From Eledone cirrhosa (lineage: Eukaryota), in assembly GCA_964016885.1 (NCBI GenBank), contig OZ024742.1:234360001-234424000 (forward strand): a stretch of DNA of 64,000 nucleotides, in the 5' to 3' direction. Position 1 is the first letter of the stretch; every line of letters begins with the position of its first letter. Positions 13,301-25,815 of the stretch are shown in pieces. The translations under genes were made by a program, and so were the position numbers. The notes beneath the pieces are model-generated. The model saw only the letters and a program-made list of their open reading frames with translations. It searched no databases and was not told the DNA's origin.

Positions 13301-16202
13301 TAGTAGTTGTAGTAATACATAGATGAAAGGTAGTAGATGTACATGTGAGTTGCTAGAGTGACAAGGCATTAAAGTTGCAAACCAATGTTTACAGGAGTTT
13401 CAACTATGTTGATATTGATATGTAATGTATAATTGATGAGACATGCAAGGTGAATGTAATGTTTGTGGAGAATATCCATGGAAAAGTAAGGAAGATATGA
13501 GGAGAAATATTGAGGTCAGATCTCAACATGCCAGGCCTTATAGCTAAGGTGTCAAACATTCAATATAAGTAGTGAATTGCTGTATAGCAGATTTGTCAAA
13601 CCCATGCCAGCACAAAAAAATGGACACTAACTCTTTCATTATCATATTTCTAATGAAAGACACTGCCTATGATTTTCAAATTATTTGGAAAATAATCAAG
13701 AATTTTAAGTGATGTAATAAAATAACTTATTATCAATCAGGTGTTTGGAGCATAACTTAACAAAGGTTCTTATATAAAAGGATGATGGAATCTTTTTAGA
13801 TAAATATAAATACTTTAAAATAAGCAGTTTGATAGCATAGAAACAGGGCCAGTTTCAGGTGGTTTGGTATCAAAAAGATTAACATTTTGTTATAATGATA
13901 ATAACGATGATATCACAAGGAATATAGACTACCAAGATGATCATTTATAAATGTTAGCTAACTGTTGTATGTATTTATTTTGTGAGAAACACCTCTACTA
14001 GGCAACTAAAAACTTCAAAGTGTAGGGGAAAGCAAACACCAAGTGTTAGCAATCAAAGTTACTATGGTGAACTGAGAAAGGTTAAATACATGAATGAACC
14101 AGGAAGTTGTGACTTTGAAAACAATTGTAAATACTCTTGAGTTGGACTTGATACGAAAATTGATCTGAGACACACAATGGAGAAACAAACAGTTTCATTA
14201 TAATAGTCATAATGATTTCTACTTTAAGATGTCAAACATTCAATATAAGTGGTGGATTGTTGTACAGCAAATTTGTCAAACCCATGCCAGCTTAAAAAAT
14301 ATATCAACCCTAGTACTTGACTGGTACTATATTTTATTGACCCCAGGAGGATTAAAGGCAAAGTTAACCTCAGTAGGATTTGAACTCAGAATGTAAAGAA
14401 CCATAATCAAATACCACAGCATTTTCTCTACTGCTCTGACAATTCTGTCAATCTTCCTCCCTCTATTATAGTAGTCATATATTGTTATATTCACTTTCAA
14501 AACTCATAACCTAAGGAGACCACAGGTTCACAACAATATGTGTTCTTGTTAGTAGATAGTCTGATAGTACTTGTCTCTTTTTCAGATATGATTGGTCACT
14601 GGCACCTTTATAAGGAGGTCTCTTGTTGAGTACCACAGGCTATTCTCACCAGTAAACTGGGGGAGCGAAGACTATTTAGTTGCCAATCAATGAACAATGA
14701 GTTAGGCTGTACTGGGTTACATGATACCAGTAGCTGCTGCTGCTGTTTTCCTCCTCCCCTTCCTCCTCCACCTCCTCGAGAAGATAACAGAGAAGATAGA
14801 CTGTAGAGGCAAAACAACTTCTCTAGTGTTAGTACCATGATAAAATACATCCAATACACTCTGTAAAGTCATTGATCATCAAATAGAAACAACATTGTAT
14901 AGAGAAGGCTCTTTAGTTTTGTTAAGGACATGACAGCCTATTTAGTGCTGGTCTTATGATAAACTGCAATCATTCATTCATTTAAGTGGTTATTGCTATG
15001 AATGGCATCCAGCCATGGAAACCATGCTGAAATTTGGAATGTACAAACATGACATGATCCTCTGACCTGTTATTTTTTTATGCTGGCATAGGTTTGACAA
15101 ATTTGCTCTACAGCAATTCACCACTTATATTGAATGTTTGAGATTTTAAAGTAGAAATCATGACTATTATAATGAAGCTGTTTTTTCTCCATTGTATGTT
15201 GGTATGAACATGTCTTCCGCCTCCCATTAGATCATCCTACTAGGGCCTTACTCTCATTTGACACAGCAGCTACAAGTTGGAAGAGGCACAAAAGCAGGCA
15301 CCACACCATATGGCTGGATGCGATTAAGGAAGATCTCCAAAGGCTTGATGTCCCCTGGGCGGATGCAGAAGGGCTGGCATGGGACTACCAGTGATGGAGG
15401 GCATTGGTGGATCTGGTTGGCTCTATACACAATGATTCCTCTGGGATTGCTGATCTAGGATGACTCCAGTCCTATTGAGCAAGAGCAAAGATGAAGTGTG
15501 TATGTATCTGTGCATGTTACTAATACACCATTTACAGATACACACACACACACACACACATCAATAGGGCCAATGATGGAGAGGAGTAGCTCTGTCTGGT
15601 TGCTCAACCATAAAATGAAATTCTTTATGCTATAGTATGAAGTAAAGCTACACAAGTAACAGAAAATGGGATGGATAAAACCTATAATTCAGGAATTGCT
15701 ATTGTAGGAAGGACGCAAGATATCAAGTTTATCTTAAGGTCAAAGTCCTGCTCTGTATGTTTGCAATAGAGTGGGCTTTTCTAAGATATATATGCATAAC
15801 ATACATATACTAATGACAGAGCCTCTATGTGGTTGCTTGACCTGCTATAAACAGAAGTCAAATTTTCATCAAATCACCTACTGCCATCTTAACCCTTTTG
15901 ATACCAACCCGCCCAAAATCACTCTTGGTTCTGTGAAACATAGTCACTCCTATTAAATGATTTTTATATAAATTCATATCCTCCAATATAAGTTGATATA
16001 AGAACCTTTTGTTAAGTTATGTTACAAATACCATCTTAATATGAAAAATTAATTAATTTTAGTAAATCCCTCAAAATTGTCCACTAGTAATTCAAATACA
16101 GTCTTATGTCATTAAAATATGGAAAGAGTTAAGTAAGGAGATTGAGATAATGTAGTTCTATATACATCTTAAAAAGATGGGTAGCTAATGGCAGGAATGC
16201 AT

Positions 16203-19110
16203 TTTGATCATAAGCCTGCCTAATCATAGCTTTTCCTGTGTCTAAACAGCAGCATTTGACTATAGGCCTGCCTAATCATAGCTTTTCCTGTGTCTAAACA
16301 GCAGCATTTGACTATAAGCCTGCCTAATCATAGCTTTTCCTGTGTCTAAACAGCAGCATTTGACTATAGGCCTGCCTACCATGGCTTTTCCTGTGTCTAA
16401 ACAGCAGCATTTGACTATAGGCCTGCCTACCATGGCTTTTCCTGTGTCTAAACAGCAGCATTTGACTATAGGCCTGCCTACCATGGCTTTTCCTGTGTCA
16501 AAATAGCAGCATTTGACTATAGGCCTGCCTACCATGGCTTTTCCTGTGTCTAAACAGCAGCATTTGACTATAGGCCTGCCTACCATGGCTTTTCCTGTGT
16601 CAAAATAGCAGCATTTGACTATAGGCCTGCCTACCATGGCTTTTCCTGTGTCTAAACAGCAGCATTTGACTATAGGCCTGCCTACCATGGCTTTTCCTGT
16701 GTCTAAACAGCAGCATTTGACTATAGGCCTGCCTACCATGGCTTTTCCTGTGTCAAAATAGCAGCATTTGACTATAGGCCTGCCTACCATAGCTTTTCCT
16801 GTGTCTAAACAGCAGCATTTGACTATAGGCCTGCCTACCATGGCTTTTCCTGTGTCTAAACAGCAGCATTTGACTATAGGCCTGCCTACCATGGCTTTTC
16901 CTGTGTCAAAATAGCAGCATTTGACTATAGGCCTGCCTACCATGGCTTTTCCTGTGTCTAAACAGCAACATTTGACTATAGGCCTGCCTACCATGGCTTT
17001 TCCTGTGTCAAAATAGCAGCATTTGACTATAGGCCTGCCTACCATGGCTTTTCCTGTGTCTAAACAGCAGCATTTGACTATAGGCCTGCCTACCATGGCT
17101 TTTCCTGTGTCAAAATAGCAGCATTTGACTATAGGCCTGCCTACCATGGCTTTTCCTGTGTCAAAATAGCAGCATTTGACTATAGGCCTGCCTACCATGG
17201 CTTTTCCTGTGTCTAAACAGCAGCATTTGACTATAGGCCTGCCTACCATGGCTTTTCCTGTGTCAAAATAGCAGCATTTGACTATAGGCCTGCCTACCAT
17301 GGCTTTTCCTGTGTCTAAACAGCAGCATTTGACTATAGGCCTGCCTACCATGGCTTTTCCTGTGTCAAAATAGCAGCATTTGACTATAGGCCTGCCTACC
17401 ATGGCTTTTCCTGTGTCTAAACAGCAGCATTTGACTATAGGCCTGCCTACCATGGCTTTTCCTGTGTCTAAACAGCAGCATTTGACTATAGGCCTGCCTA
17501 CCATGGCTTTTCCTGTGTCAAAATAGCAGCATTTGACTATAGGCCTGCCTACCATAGCTTTTCCTGTGTCTAAACAGCAGCATTTGACTATAGGCCTGCC
17601 TACCATGGCTTTTCCTGTGTCTAAACAGCAGCATTTGACTATAGGCCTGCCTACCATGGCTTTTCCTGTGTCAAAATAGCAGCATTTGACTATAGGCCTG
17701 CCTACCATGGCTTTTCCTGTGTCTAAACAGCAGCATTTGACTATAGGCCTGCCTACCATGGCTTTTCCTGTGTCTAAACAGCAGCATTTGACTATAGGCC
17801 TGCCTACCATGGCTTTTCCTGTGTCTAAACAGCAGCATTTGACTATAGGCCTGCCTACCATGGCTTTTCCTGTGTCAAAATAGCAGCATTTGACTATAGG
17901 CCTGCCTACCATGGCTTTTCCTGTGTCTAAACAGCAGCATTTGACTATAGGCCTGCCTACCATGGCTTTTCCTGTGTCTAAACAGCAGCATTTGACTATA
18001 GGCCTGCCTACCATGGCTTTTCCTGTGTCAAAATAGCAGCATTTGACTATAGGCCTGCCTACCATGGCTTTTCCTGTGTCTAAACAGCAGCATTTGACTA
18101 TAGGCCTGCCTACCATGGCTTTTCCTGTGTCTAAACAGCAGCATTTGACTATAGGCCTGCCTACCATGGCTTTTCCTGTGTCTAAACAGCAGCATTTGAC
18201 TATAGGCCTGCCTACCATGGCTTTTCCTGTGTCAAAATAGCAGCATTTGACTATAGGCCTGCCTACCATGGCTTTTCCTGTGTCAAAATAGCAGCATTTG
18301 ACTATAGGCCTGCCTACCATGGCTTTTCCTGTGTCTAAATAGCAGCATTTGACTATAGGCCTGCCTACCATGGCTTTTCCTGTGTCAAAATAGCAGCATT
18401 TGACTATAGGCCTGCCTACCATGGCTTTTCCTGTGTCTAAACAGCAGCATTTGACTATAGGCCTGCCTACCATGGCTTTTCCTGTGTCTAAACAGCAGCA
18501 TTTGACTATAGGCCTGCCTACCATGGCTTTTCCTGTGTCTAAACAGCAGCATTTGACTATAGGCCTGCCTACCATGGCTTTTCCTGTGTCAAAATAGCAG
18601 CATTTGACTATAGGCCTGCCTACCATGGCTTTTCCTGTGTCTAAACAGCAGCATTTGACTATAGGCCTGCCTACCATGGCTTTTCCTGTGTCTAAACAGC
18701 AGCATTTGACTATAGGCCTGCCTACCATGGCTTTTCCTGTGTCTAAACAGCAGCATTTGACTATAGGCCTGCCTACCATGGCTTTTCCTGTGTCTAAACA
18801 GCAGCATTTGACTATAGGCCTGCCTACCATGGCTTTTCCTGTGTCTAAACAGCAGCATTTGACTATAGGCCTGCCTACCATGGCTTTTCCTGTGTCAAAA
18901 TAGCAGCAACAAAACACATTTTGATCATAAGTCTGCCTAATTATGGTCTTTCTTGGGTTTAAATAACAGCAACAAGATATTTTGACCATAGGCTTGCCCA
19001 GTCAAAGCCTTTCCTGGGGCTAAACAATGGCAACAAGACACATTTTGATCATAGGACTGGTGTATCACAGGCTTTTCTGTGTCAAACAACAGTAACAAGA
19101 CACATTTTTT
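16203..19110. repeat. 51-bp tandem array (~53 homogeneous units plus ~4 degenerate units at the right end)
   Basis: Unit CATTTGACTATAGGCCTGCCTACCATGGCTTTTCCTGTGTC(TAAAC/AAAAT)AGCAG. It gives a 905-codon stop-free minus-strand frame of 17-aa repeats. Confidence 0.97.
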
Positions 19111-20070
19111 ATAGTAAACATTACATATGCTATTTAGATGCAACTATAACAAAATACACTAACAATAGCACATGGTTTGACCTAGTAAAAATAGCATTAT
19201 TCTGATGGCATTAGGTTGCAATAATGGCCTTCTATCAGGAGATAATTGACTGTTAGCTGAACCTTGATGTCATGATAAATGTCTCTGTCATGTCTTTAAA
19301 TTACTGCAAACTTGTGACTGATTTTTTTTTTTATAGTTTTGAATAACAAACCCCTGACTCTTCTTCATAGTCAATGTAAAAATAGAAGCTGTGAGAGCTG
19401 GTGTAATATAACACAAACATGGCTACACACAGACACTCACAACTGCACACACACACACACACACACACACTGAAAACATGACATTCTATTTTTATCTTTT
19501 TTATATGGGCTTTTACATATTTTTTTAATGTTTAGATAGCAGGTTTGAATCTCTGATATGTGGATGCATCATGACTAAATAGTTAAGGATTTCTTGCATC
19601 GCTATATTTTTTTATTTCAAATTCCACCGAGGTCAACTTTGCCTTCTGAAGTTGATAAAGTACTACTAAAGTTCTGAAATCCATTTCTATGATTTTTCCC
19701 CTCCTTCAATTGTGCTTCAATTAAAAATCATTGTTATTATATCTTCATTCAGGGAATGTTTTATTTTTGTTCTGATTACATAAAAAATATAAATGTCTGT
19801 ATCATGCTGGGGGCCAATTTATTTGACTTTCCCATCTCTCCCCAAATTGCTGGTCTTGTGCCTATTGTAGAAACAATTATTATTATTATTATTATTATTT
19901 AACTTTGCCTTTCATCCTTACGGGGTCGATAAAATAAAGTACCAGTAATGTACTGGGTAATTGATGGCCTTGTGCCAAAAGTAGTAACAATTATTATTAC
20001 GATAAAATAAAGTACCAGTAATGCACTGGGATAACTGCTGCCCTTGTGCCAAAAGTAGAAACAATTATCA

Positions 20071-20256
20071 TTGGCGATTTGGCAGTATCGGTAGAGGGTT
20101 GGACGCCATGCTTTCTAGCATAGTTACGTTCTATTACGGTCTGAGTTCAAATCCCGTCGAGGTTAACTTTGCCTTTCATCTTTACGGGGTCGATAAAATA
20201 AAGTACCAGTAATGTACTGGGTAATTGCTGGCCTTGTGCCAAAAGTAGAAACAATT
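20071..20256 (+). mobile_element. tRNA-derived SINE (abundant family in this window)
   Basis: A-box-like TGGCAGTATCGG, B-box GAGTTCAAATCC, core CTTTGCCTTTCATCCTTACGGGGTCGATAAAATAAAGTACCAG and (ATT)n tail. Full or partial copies also near 5630, 8990, 10160, 14310(-), 19900, 24160, 26345(-), 26865, 27745, 32960(-), 42790(-), 60830(-). Confidence 0.85.
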
Positions 20257-20285
20257 ATTATTATTATTTTTATTATTATTATTAT

Positions 20286-20614
20286 CAGAGGCAAGAATGG
20301 CCCGTGTGAATGGGCCTACCCTGAGCGTGTGCCTGTAGCATCGTAGGAGGAAAACTGGAAGAGGGCACTTGCCCTAGCAGTCAGGGTAACCGTGGATTTT
20401 TTGTGGGCTTTCTCCACGAGCAACCCTCGGAAGTCTCCCCCCCCCCATTGGGGAATTTTTCATTGTTTTCTTTTTTTGTTACATCCTCTGTTTTTGTTTT
20501 TTTTACACGCAGAAATGCCTATTTGTACCATCCTGTGTTGTCCTGTGTTGTCCTTAATGTTATACTTTGTGTCAACTCTTGTGGTTGATAAAGAAAGCAT
20601 TATTATTATTATTA
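20286..20614 (+). mobile_element. Short 3' fragment of a Tx1/L1-type LINE
   Basis: Similar to the ORF2 end and 3' UTR at 22930-23260; ends GATAAAGAAAGC(ATT)n. Confidence 0.75.
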
Positions 20615-23260
20615 TCTGAAACATGAGGGGACAAAAACCGTCCAATGGGCCCGGGTGGCAGAGGCGCGATGTGGCAACAAAGCCACAATTCGGTCTTTGT
20701 CTGACCAAAACAGGTGCGTGATGCTCGAACCTGAGCGGATGTGTGAAGCTTTTCAGCAGCACTTTGCTGAACTGTTTGGGCACAGCGGCGACCCGGATCG
20801 GGGCATTGACTTCAGTGCATACCTTGATGGACTGCCTCGGCTCTTGATGACTGCAGCACAGTGTTGCAAAAAGCCAATAACAGCCGGTAAAATACGGGAA
20901 GCGATGGCTAACTGCACCAGGGGTAAATCGCCAGGTTTGGATTGTCTGCCCTACGAGTTTTATGCATTTATGCCAGACTTGTTCGGTGACCTCTTGGCAG
21001 ACGTCTACTGTAACTGGCAGCAGAACGGGAGCATTCCCAGTTTTGTGAGCCGGGGAGCGGTGGCGCTGCTGAGAAAAGACCCGAACAAGGGGGATGTTAT
21101 CGATAATTTCAGGCCCATACCCCTGCTAAACGCAGAGTTCAAGATTTTGGCCAAGGTATTAGCAACGAGGTTGGCGCTTGTCATCAAGGGTCTGGTGGGA
21201 GAGGCGCAGACATACGCCATTCCAGACAGATCCATACACGACAACCTCCACCTCATACAATACATCATAGAGAGGGTGGTTAAGGAACCTGGCACGGGTG
21301 GGGCCCTGATCAACTTGGATCAATCCAAAGCATTCGATAGGGTCGACCATCGGTACCTGGCGGCGGTCCTCGAGGCAGCCGGTTTCGGGCCCATTTTCAG
21401 GGGTTGGATCGCAGCGATGTACAGCGACATCTGCTCAGTTGTGAAGGGTGAACGGTCACCCGTCGCAGCCGTTCAGCATCATGCGCTCAGTCCGCCAGGG
21501 TTGTCCCCTCTCCTCCCTCTTGTACGTATTGGCTCTCGAGCCGTTACTGCACAAACTGGGGGCGATGAGGGGCGTCCCACACGAACAAGGATGCGGGAAA
21601 TCCGAGTCGGCTTACGCCGACGACGTCACCATGGTGGTGTCGAGCACCAGACACATCCAGATGCTCGGCACCGCTCTCAAGGAATACGAAGCGGTGACAG
21701 GAGCAAAGATAAACCAGGAAAAGTCGGTGGGCTTGCAGCTCGGCACCTGGAGAGGCAATTCCATGCCGTCCGACAGCATCATGGGGCTTTGGACGGACGG
21801 ACCGGTTAAATTGCTCAGGGTCTGGTTTGGAACGGACCTCCAGATGGAGACAAACTGGAGTGAGGTGACGAGCAAGGTAGCCTCCCTCACCCAGAAATAG
21901 GCCGAGAGGAAGCTGTCCCTGAAAGGCCAGGCGGAGGTGGCATATGCGTACATCGCATCCGTCATCTGCTACCGCCTCATCGTCTTCCCTTGTTCCGGCC
22001 CAACTCTCACCAAAATGGAGCGCCTCCTCTTCCGCTTTTTGTGGAAGGACGCGCTCCCATGGTCAGACGATCCATCTGCTGTCAACACCCGTTGCGTGGA
22101 GGACTGGGCATGCCATGGCTGATGATGCGCAAACATGCGCTGAGGCTGCGACATCTCTGGTGCTTCCTTGACGGTGAACAGGTGTGGTCGCCGTTCGCCA
22201 GGCACGTTTTCCCATAGCTCGTCTCCTTGACGGAGCTGCAGTCCTGGATCAGAAAAAGACCGAGGGATAGCGCTTGGAAACTGGAATGTCTCCAGGCGCT
22301 CACTGCCCTCTGCCAGTTGGGCACCAGTATCAGTGGAACATCCACCTCGGCGTTCTATAGAGGACTAGTGGAGGGGAAGAGCGACAACGTTCTCGGAGAG
22401 ATCCTGGGTGTTGAAGAAGATCAGCTGTTTGCTCTCTTCCGGAGAACTTTCAGCCCAGGGCCTATGGATAACTTCCAAAAATCCTTGGCCTGGCAGTGCT
22501 ACCGGGGAGCGTTGCCGGTTCGAGATAAGCTCTACAGGCACTGAAGTGCCGTCAACCAAGCCTGTCCGACATGTGTGCAGAGCAGCGAAACCGTCGTGCA
22601 CGCACTCGTTCAGTGCCCGAGCATTGCTGACTTGTGGAGCTATGTCGAACAGTTGCTGTTGCGTGTAGGACTGATCCGGTTATCGACTGAGTCCATTGTG
22701 CAGATGGTCTCGCCGTCTTCCTTCGAGGAGGAAGGGCAGGTGGTTTTCATCTGCCTGGTGGCCATGGCGAAAGAGATTGTGTGGTGGACAAGGTTGAAAG
22801 GGTTAAAGACAGACACTTTCCTCTTCGGCGAATCCCTAATTAACTTTTTCAAGTTTCACTTGAAGAGGAAAATCAGGGTGGAGAGGCAAGTGCTGCCTTC
22901 TAGCAAGTTTGTTGAAAGGTGGGTGAATGTAGCGAGAATGGTCCGAGTGAACGGGACCGCTCTGAATATACATCTGTAGTTTGAGAAATGGAAAAATTGA
23001 GAGAGGGCGCTTGCTCTGGTGGTCAGGGTGGCCGTGGTCTTTTGTGTGGTTTTCGCCACGAGTAACCCTCGGAGGTTTCCCCCCTATTGGGAAATTTTTC
23101 AATTTTCATTTTTATTGTTTATATATATGTTTCTATGTCCTTTTTTTCTTTTCTTATATAAATAATAAAAATATTTACACGCACAAAACCCACATTGTAC
23201 CATCTGTATTGTTTTTCTTGATGTCAGCCCTTGTGGCCAATAAAGAAATCATTATTATTA
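20615..23260 (+). mobile_element. 5'-truncated Tx1/L1-clade LINE, ORF2 pseudogene (RT plus C-terminal zinc knuckle)
   Basis: GKSPGLD, NFRPIPLLNAEFKILAKVLA, LDQSKAFDRVDH, VRQGCPLS, AYADDV and CPTC...ETVVHALVQCP. Frameshifts and stops present (e.g. TAG 21898, TGA 22542). GC-rich relative to flanks, with AATAAA plus (ATT)n tail. Confidence 0.92.
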
Positions 23261-23342
23261 TAGCCCTTTTGTACCGCCCTGTATTGTCCTGTACTGTCCT
23301 TAATGTCTACTTTGTCTAAACCCTTGTGGTTAATAAAGAAAG

Positions 23343-23388
<46 letters not shown>

Positions 23389-23392
23389 ATAG

Positions 23393-23765
23393 TAGGGCGG
23401 TGGATTGGCAGTATCGGTGGAGGGTCGGACGTCATGCTTTCCAGCATAGTTACGTCCCTTTACGATCTGAGTTCAAATCCCGCCGAGGTTGACTTTGCCT
23501 TTCATCCTTACGGGGTCGATAAAATAAAGTACCAGTAATGCACTGGGTAATTGCTGGCCTTGTGCCTAAAGTAGAAACAATTATGAGGTGGTGGATTGGC
23601 AGTATCGGTAGAGGGTCGGACGCCATGCTTTCCAGAATAGTTACGTCCCTTTGCGGTCTGAGTTCAAATCCCGCCGAGGTTGACTTTGCCTCCTTACGGA
23701 GTCGATAAAATAAAGTACCAGTAATGCACTGGGTAATTGCTGGCCTTGTGCCTAAAGTAGAAACA

Positions 23766-23800
<35 letters not shown>
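23393..23800 (+). mobile_element. Two tandem tRNA-derived SINE copies
   Basis: Two complete head-core-tail units, 23393-23583 and 23586-23770, followed by (ATT)n. Confidence 0.88.
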
Positions 23801-25647
23801 ATAAGTGTGTACTTATTCCTCAAAATAGATTTGAGTGACAGCTGGCTTTAGATATTTTATTGAATATAATACAGGTTTCTTTTATATAGTGCAGAAGATT
23901 ATATTAGTTGTCTGGAAGAGCAGGTGTCACATTAAAATGGACAGAGAGTTAGTGAAATGAGGTTTAATGTAGACAGGATTTCTACTAATGAATAATACAG
24001 CAGACAGTTTGGTGTTTGTGAGTTTCCAATCTTTGTTGATTTTCACCTTTTTGGATATTTCTTTGAATAAGAAAAAAGCCAGTGAAACTTTTGTGATATT
24101 TTGTCAAGTGTCAATGGCAGCATATATTGTGGAAAAGGAGATATCACAAATTTTTATATCGGTAGAGGCAGCATAGAGTTATGGCCCTTTACGCTCTGAG
24201 TTCAAATCCTGCCGAGGTTCACTTTGCCTTTCATTCTTACGGGGGTTGATAAAATAAAGTACCAGTAATACACTGGGGTAATTGCTGGCCTTGTGCCAAA
24301 AGTAGAAACAATTATTTGTATCATCATCATCATCATCATTTTACGTCCGCTTTTCCCTGCTTGCAAGGGTGGGACGGGAACTGATTCTGGCTTGATTTCT
24401 ACAGCTGGATGCCCTTCCTAACACCAACCTCATTTACAGTGAGTGCTGGGTGCTTTTTTTCAGTGGCACCTCCACGACCACTTTGCAGTGGAATGATATG
24501 GACCCCAGTCCTATCATCTCATTTCTACAGCTGAGTAAACTGGAGCAATGTGAAATAAAGTGTCTTGCTCAAGGAAACAACACATCACCCGGTCTGAGAA
24601 TTGAACTCACAACCTTTCGATTGCAAGGCCAATGCTCTAACCACTAAGCCATGTGCCTCCATTGTATGTTAAAAAAAATGGAAATAACATTGAATATTGA
24701 AAGTAAGGAAAAAGAGGAAGGATTGGCAGACTCTATATTCCATTCTGGGTGGTATGTTTCAGTTGTGCTTGGCTGACAAAATGGTAAAAGTATTGCCCTA
24801 GAAAACAGCCAGCGACACCTACTGTGTTAGCCACTCTGCCTTACAGGACTCATTCCTCAGGCAGGATGCACAATGCCTCTATTATTAGGATGTAAGATTG
24901 ATTATAAGGAGTGGGAAAGACTGCTTATAAGGCTGAACAAGTGTGAAAGAAGGTGATAGTGGTGGTAATTAATGATGATGAGGTGATGGAGATGACTACA
25001 TCAGAGTTGTTGAATTTTAGATGTCAAATTAATGGTGATGATGAAGATAACGTGGGAGAGAAAAACTTTAGAGATATTCAGATATTATAACAATGTTGAT
25101 AAGCTGATAATTAGTTGAGATGGCTGAAATTACTCACTTGCAATATTTGCTACAATATTTCAGCATAAAAAGGTTTCATTCTACACTATAAAACCTAAAT
25201 CATTATCATTGCCATCAACGTTAGTTATCATTTAATATCTGATTTCCCTGATAGTAAGAGTTGGATGGATTGTTAACAGACTGGTTTGATATTCAAACAG
25301 AGTTATTGACTTCTCAGATGGGCTAAGGGACTGTATCTCACATATATTCTTGCACTCTATCAAGTGCTCAGATAGGTTGGATGTATTTCGCTTACATACG
25401 ATCCCATGCTCTAAATAGTGCATTTTATCATAGCACCAGCACTAGGGAGGTTGTCAAATCTTTGACACAGCCAAAGAGTCCTTCTTACCCTTTATTTGGT
25501 AGGTTTTTACAGCTGGATGCCTTTCCTATCACCAACCTCTTGCAGTTAAATAATGTTCTGTGGAGACTTAATAAATATTGTGGCAAGTAAATAAATTAAG
25601 TGAATCCAAAGAGCCAGTTTTTTGTAAAATGCCAATATCATAACATT

Positions 25648-25815
25648 TATGACGATGATGATTGAGATGATGATGATGATGGTAGTGGTGATGGTGGCAG
25701 TGGTGGTGGTGGTGGCAGTGGCAGTAGTGGTGGTGGTGGTGGTGATGGTGGTGGTGATGATGATGATGATTATGACAATGATGATGATGATGACTATGAT
25801 GATGATGACGACGAT
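25648..25815. repeat. (GAT)n/(GGT)n low-complexity trinucleotide tract
   Basis: Directly visible; a similar tract lies at 60020-60400 on the other strand. Confidence 0.9.

Noticed and set aside
16203-18905. CRISPR-like array
   Set aside because: Units are contiguous and near-identical with no unique spacers, there are no cas genes, and the context is eukaryotic.
16272-18989. 905-aa ORF as an annotated protein-coding gene
   Set aside because: It is explained by a 51-bp (3n) unit lacking a stop in one frame and has no recognisable domain. Kept only as a testable finding.
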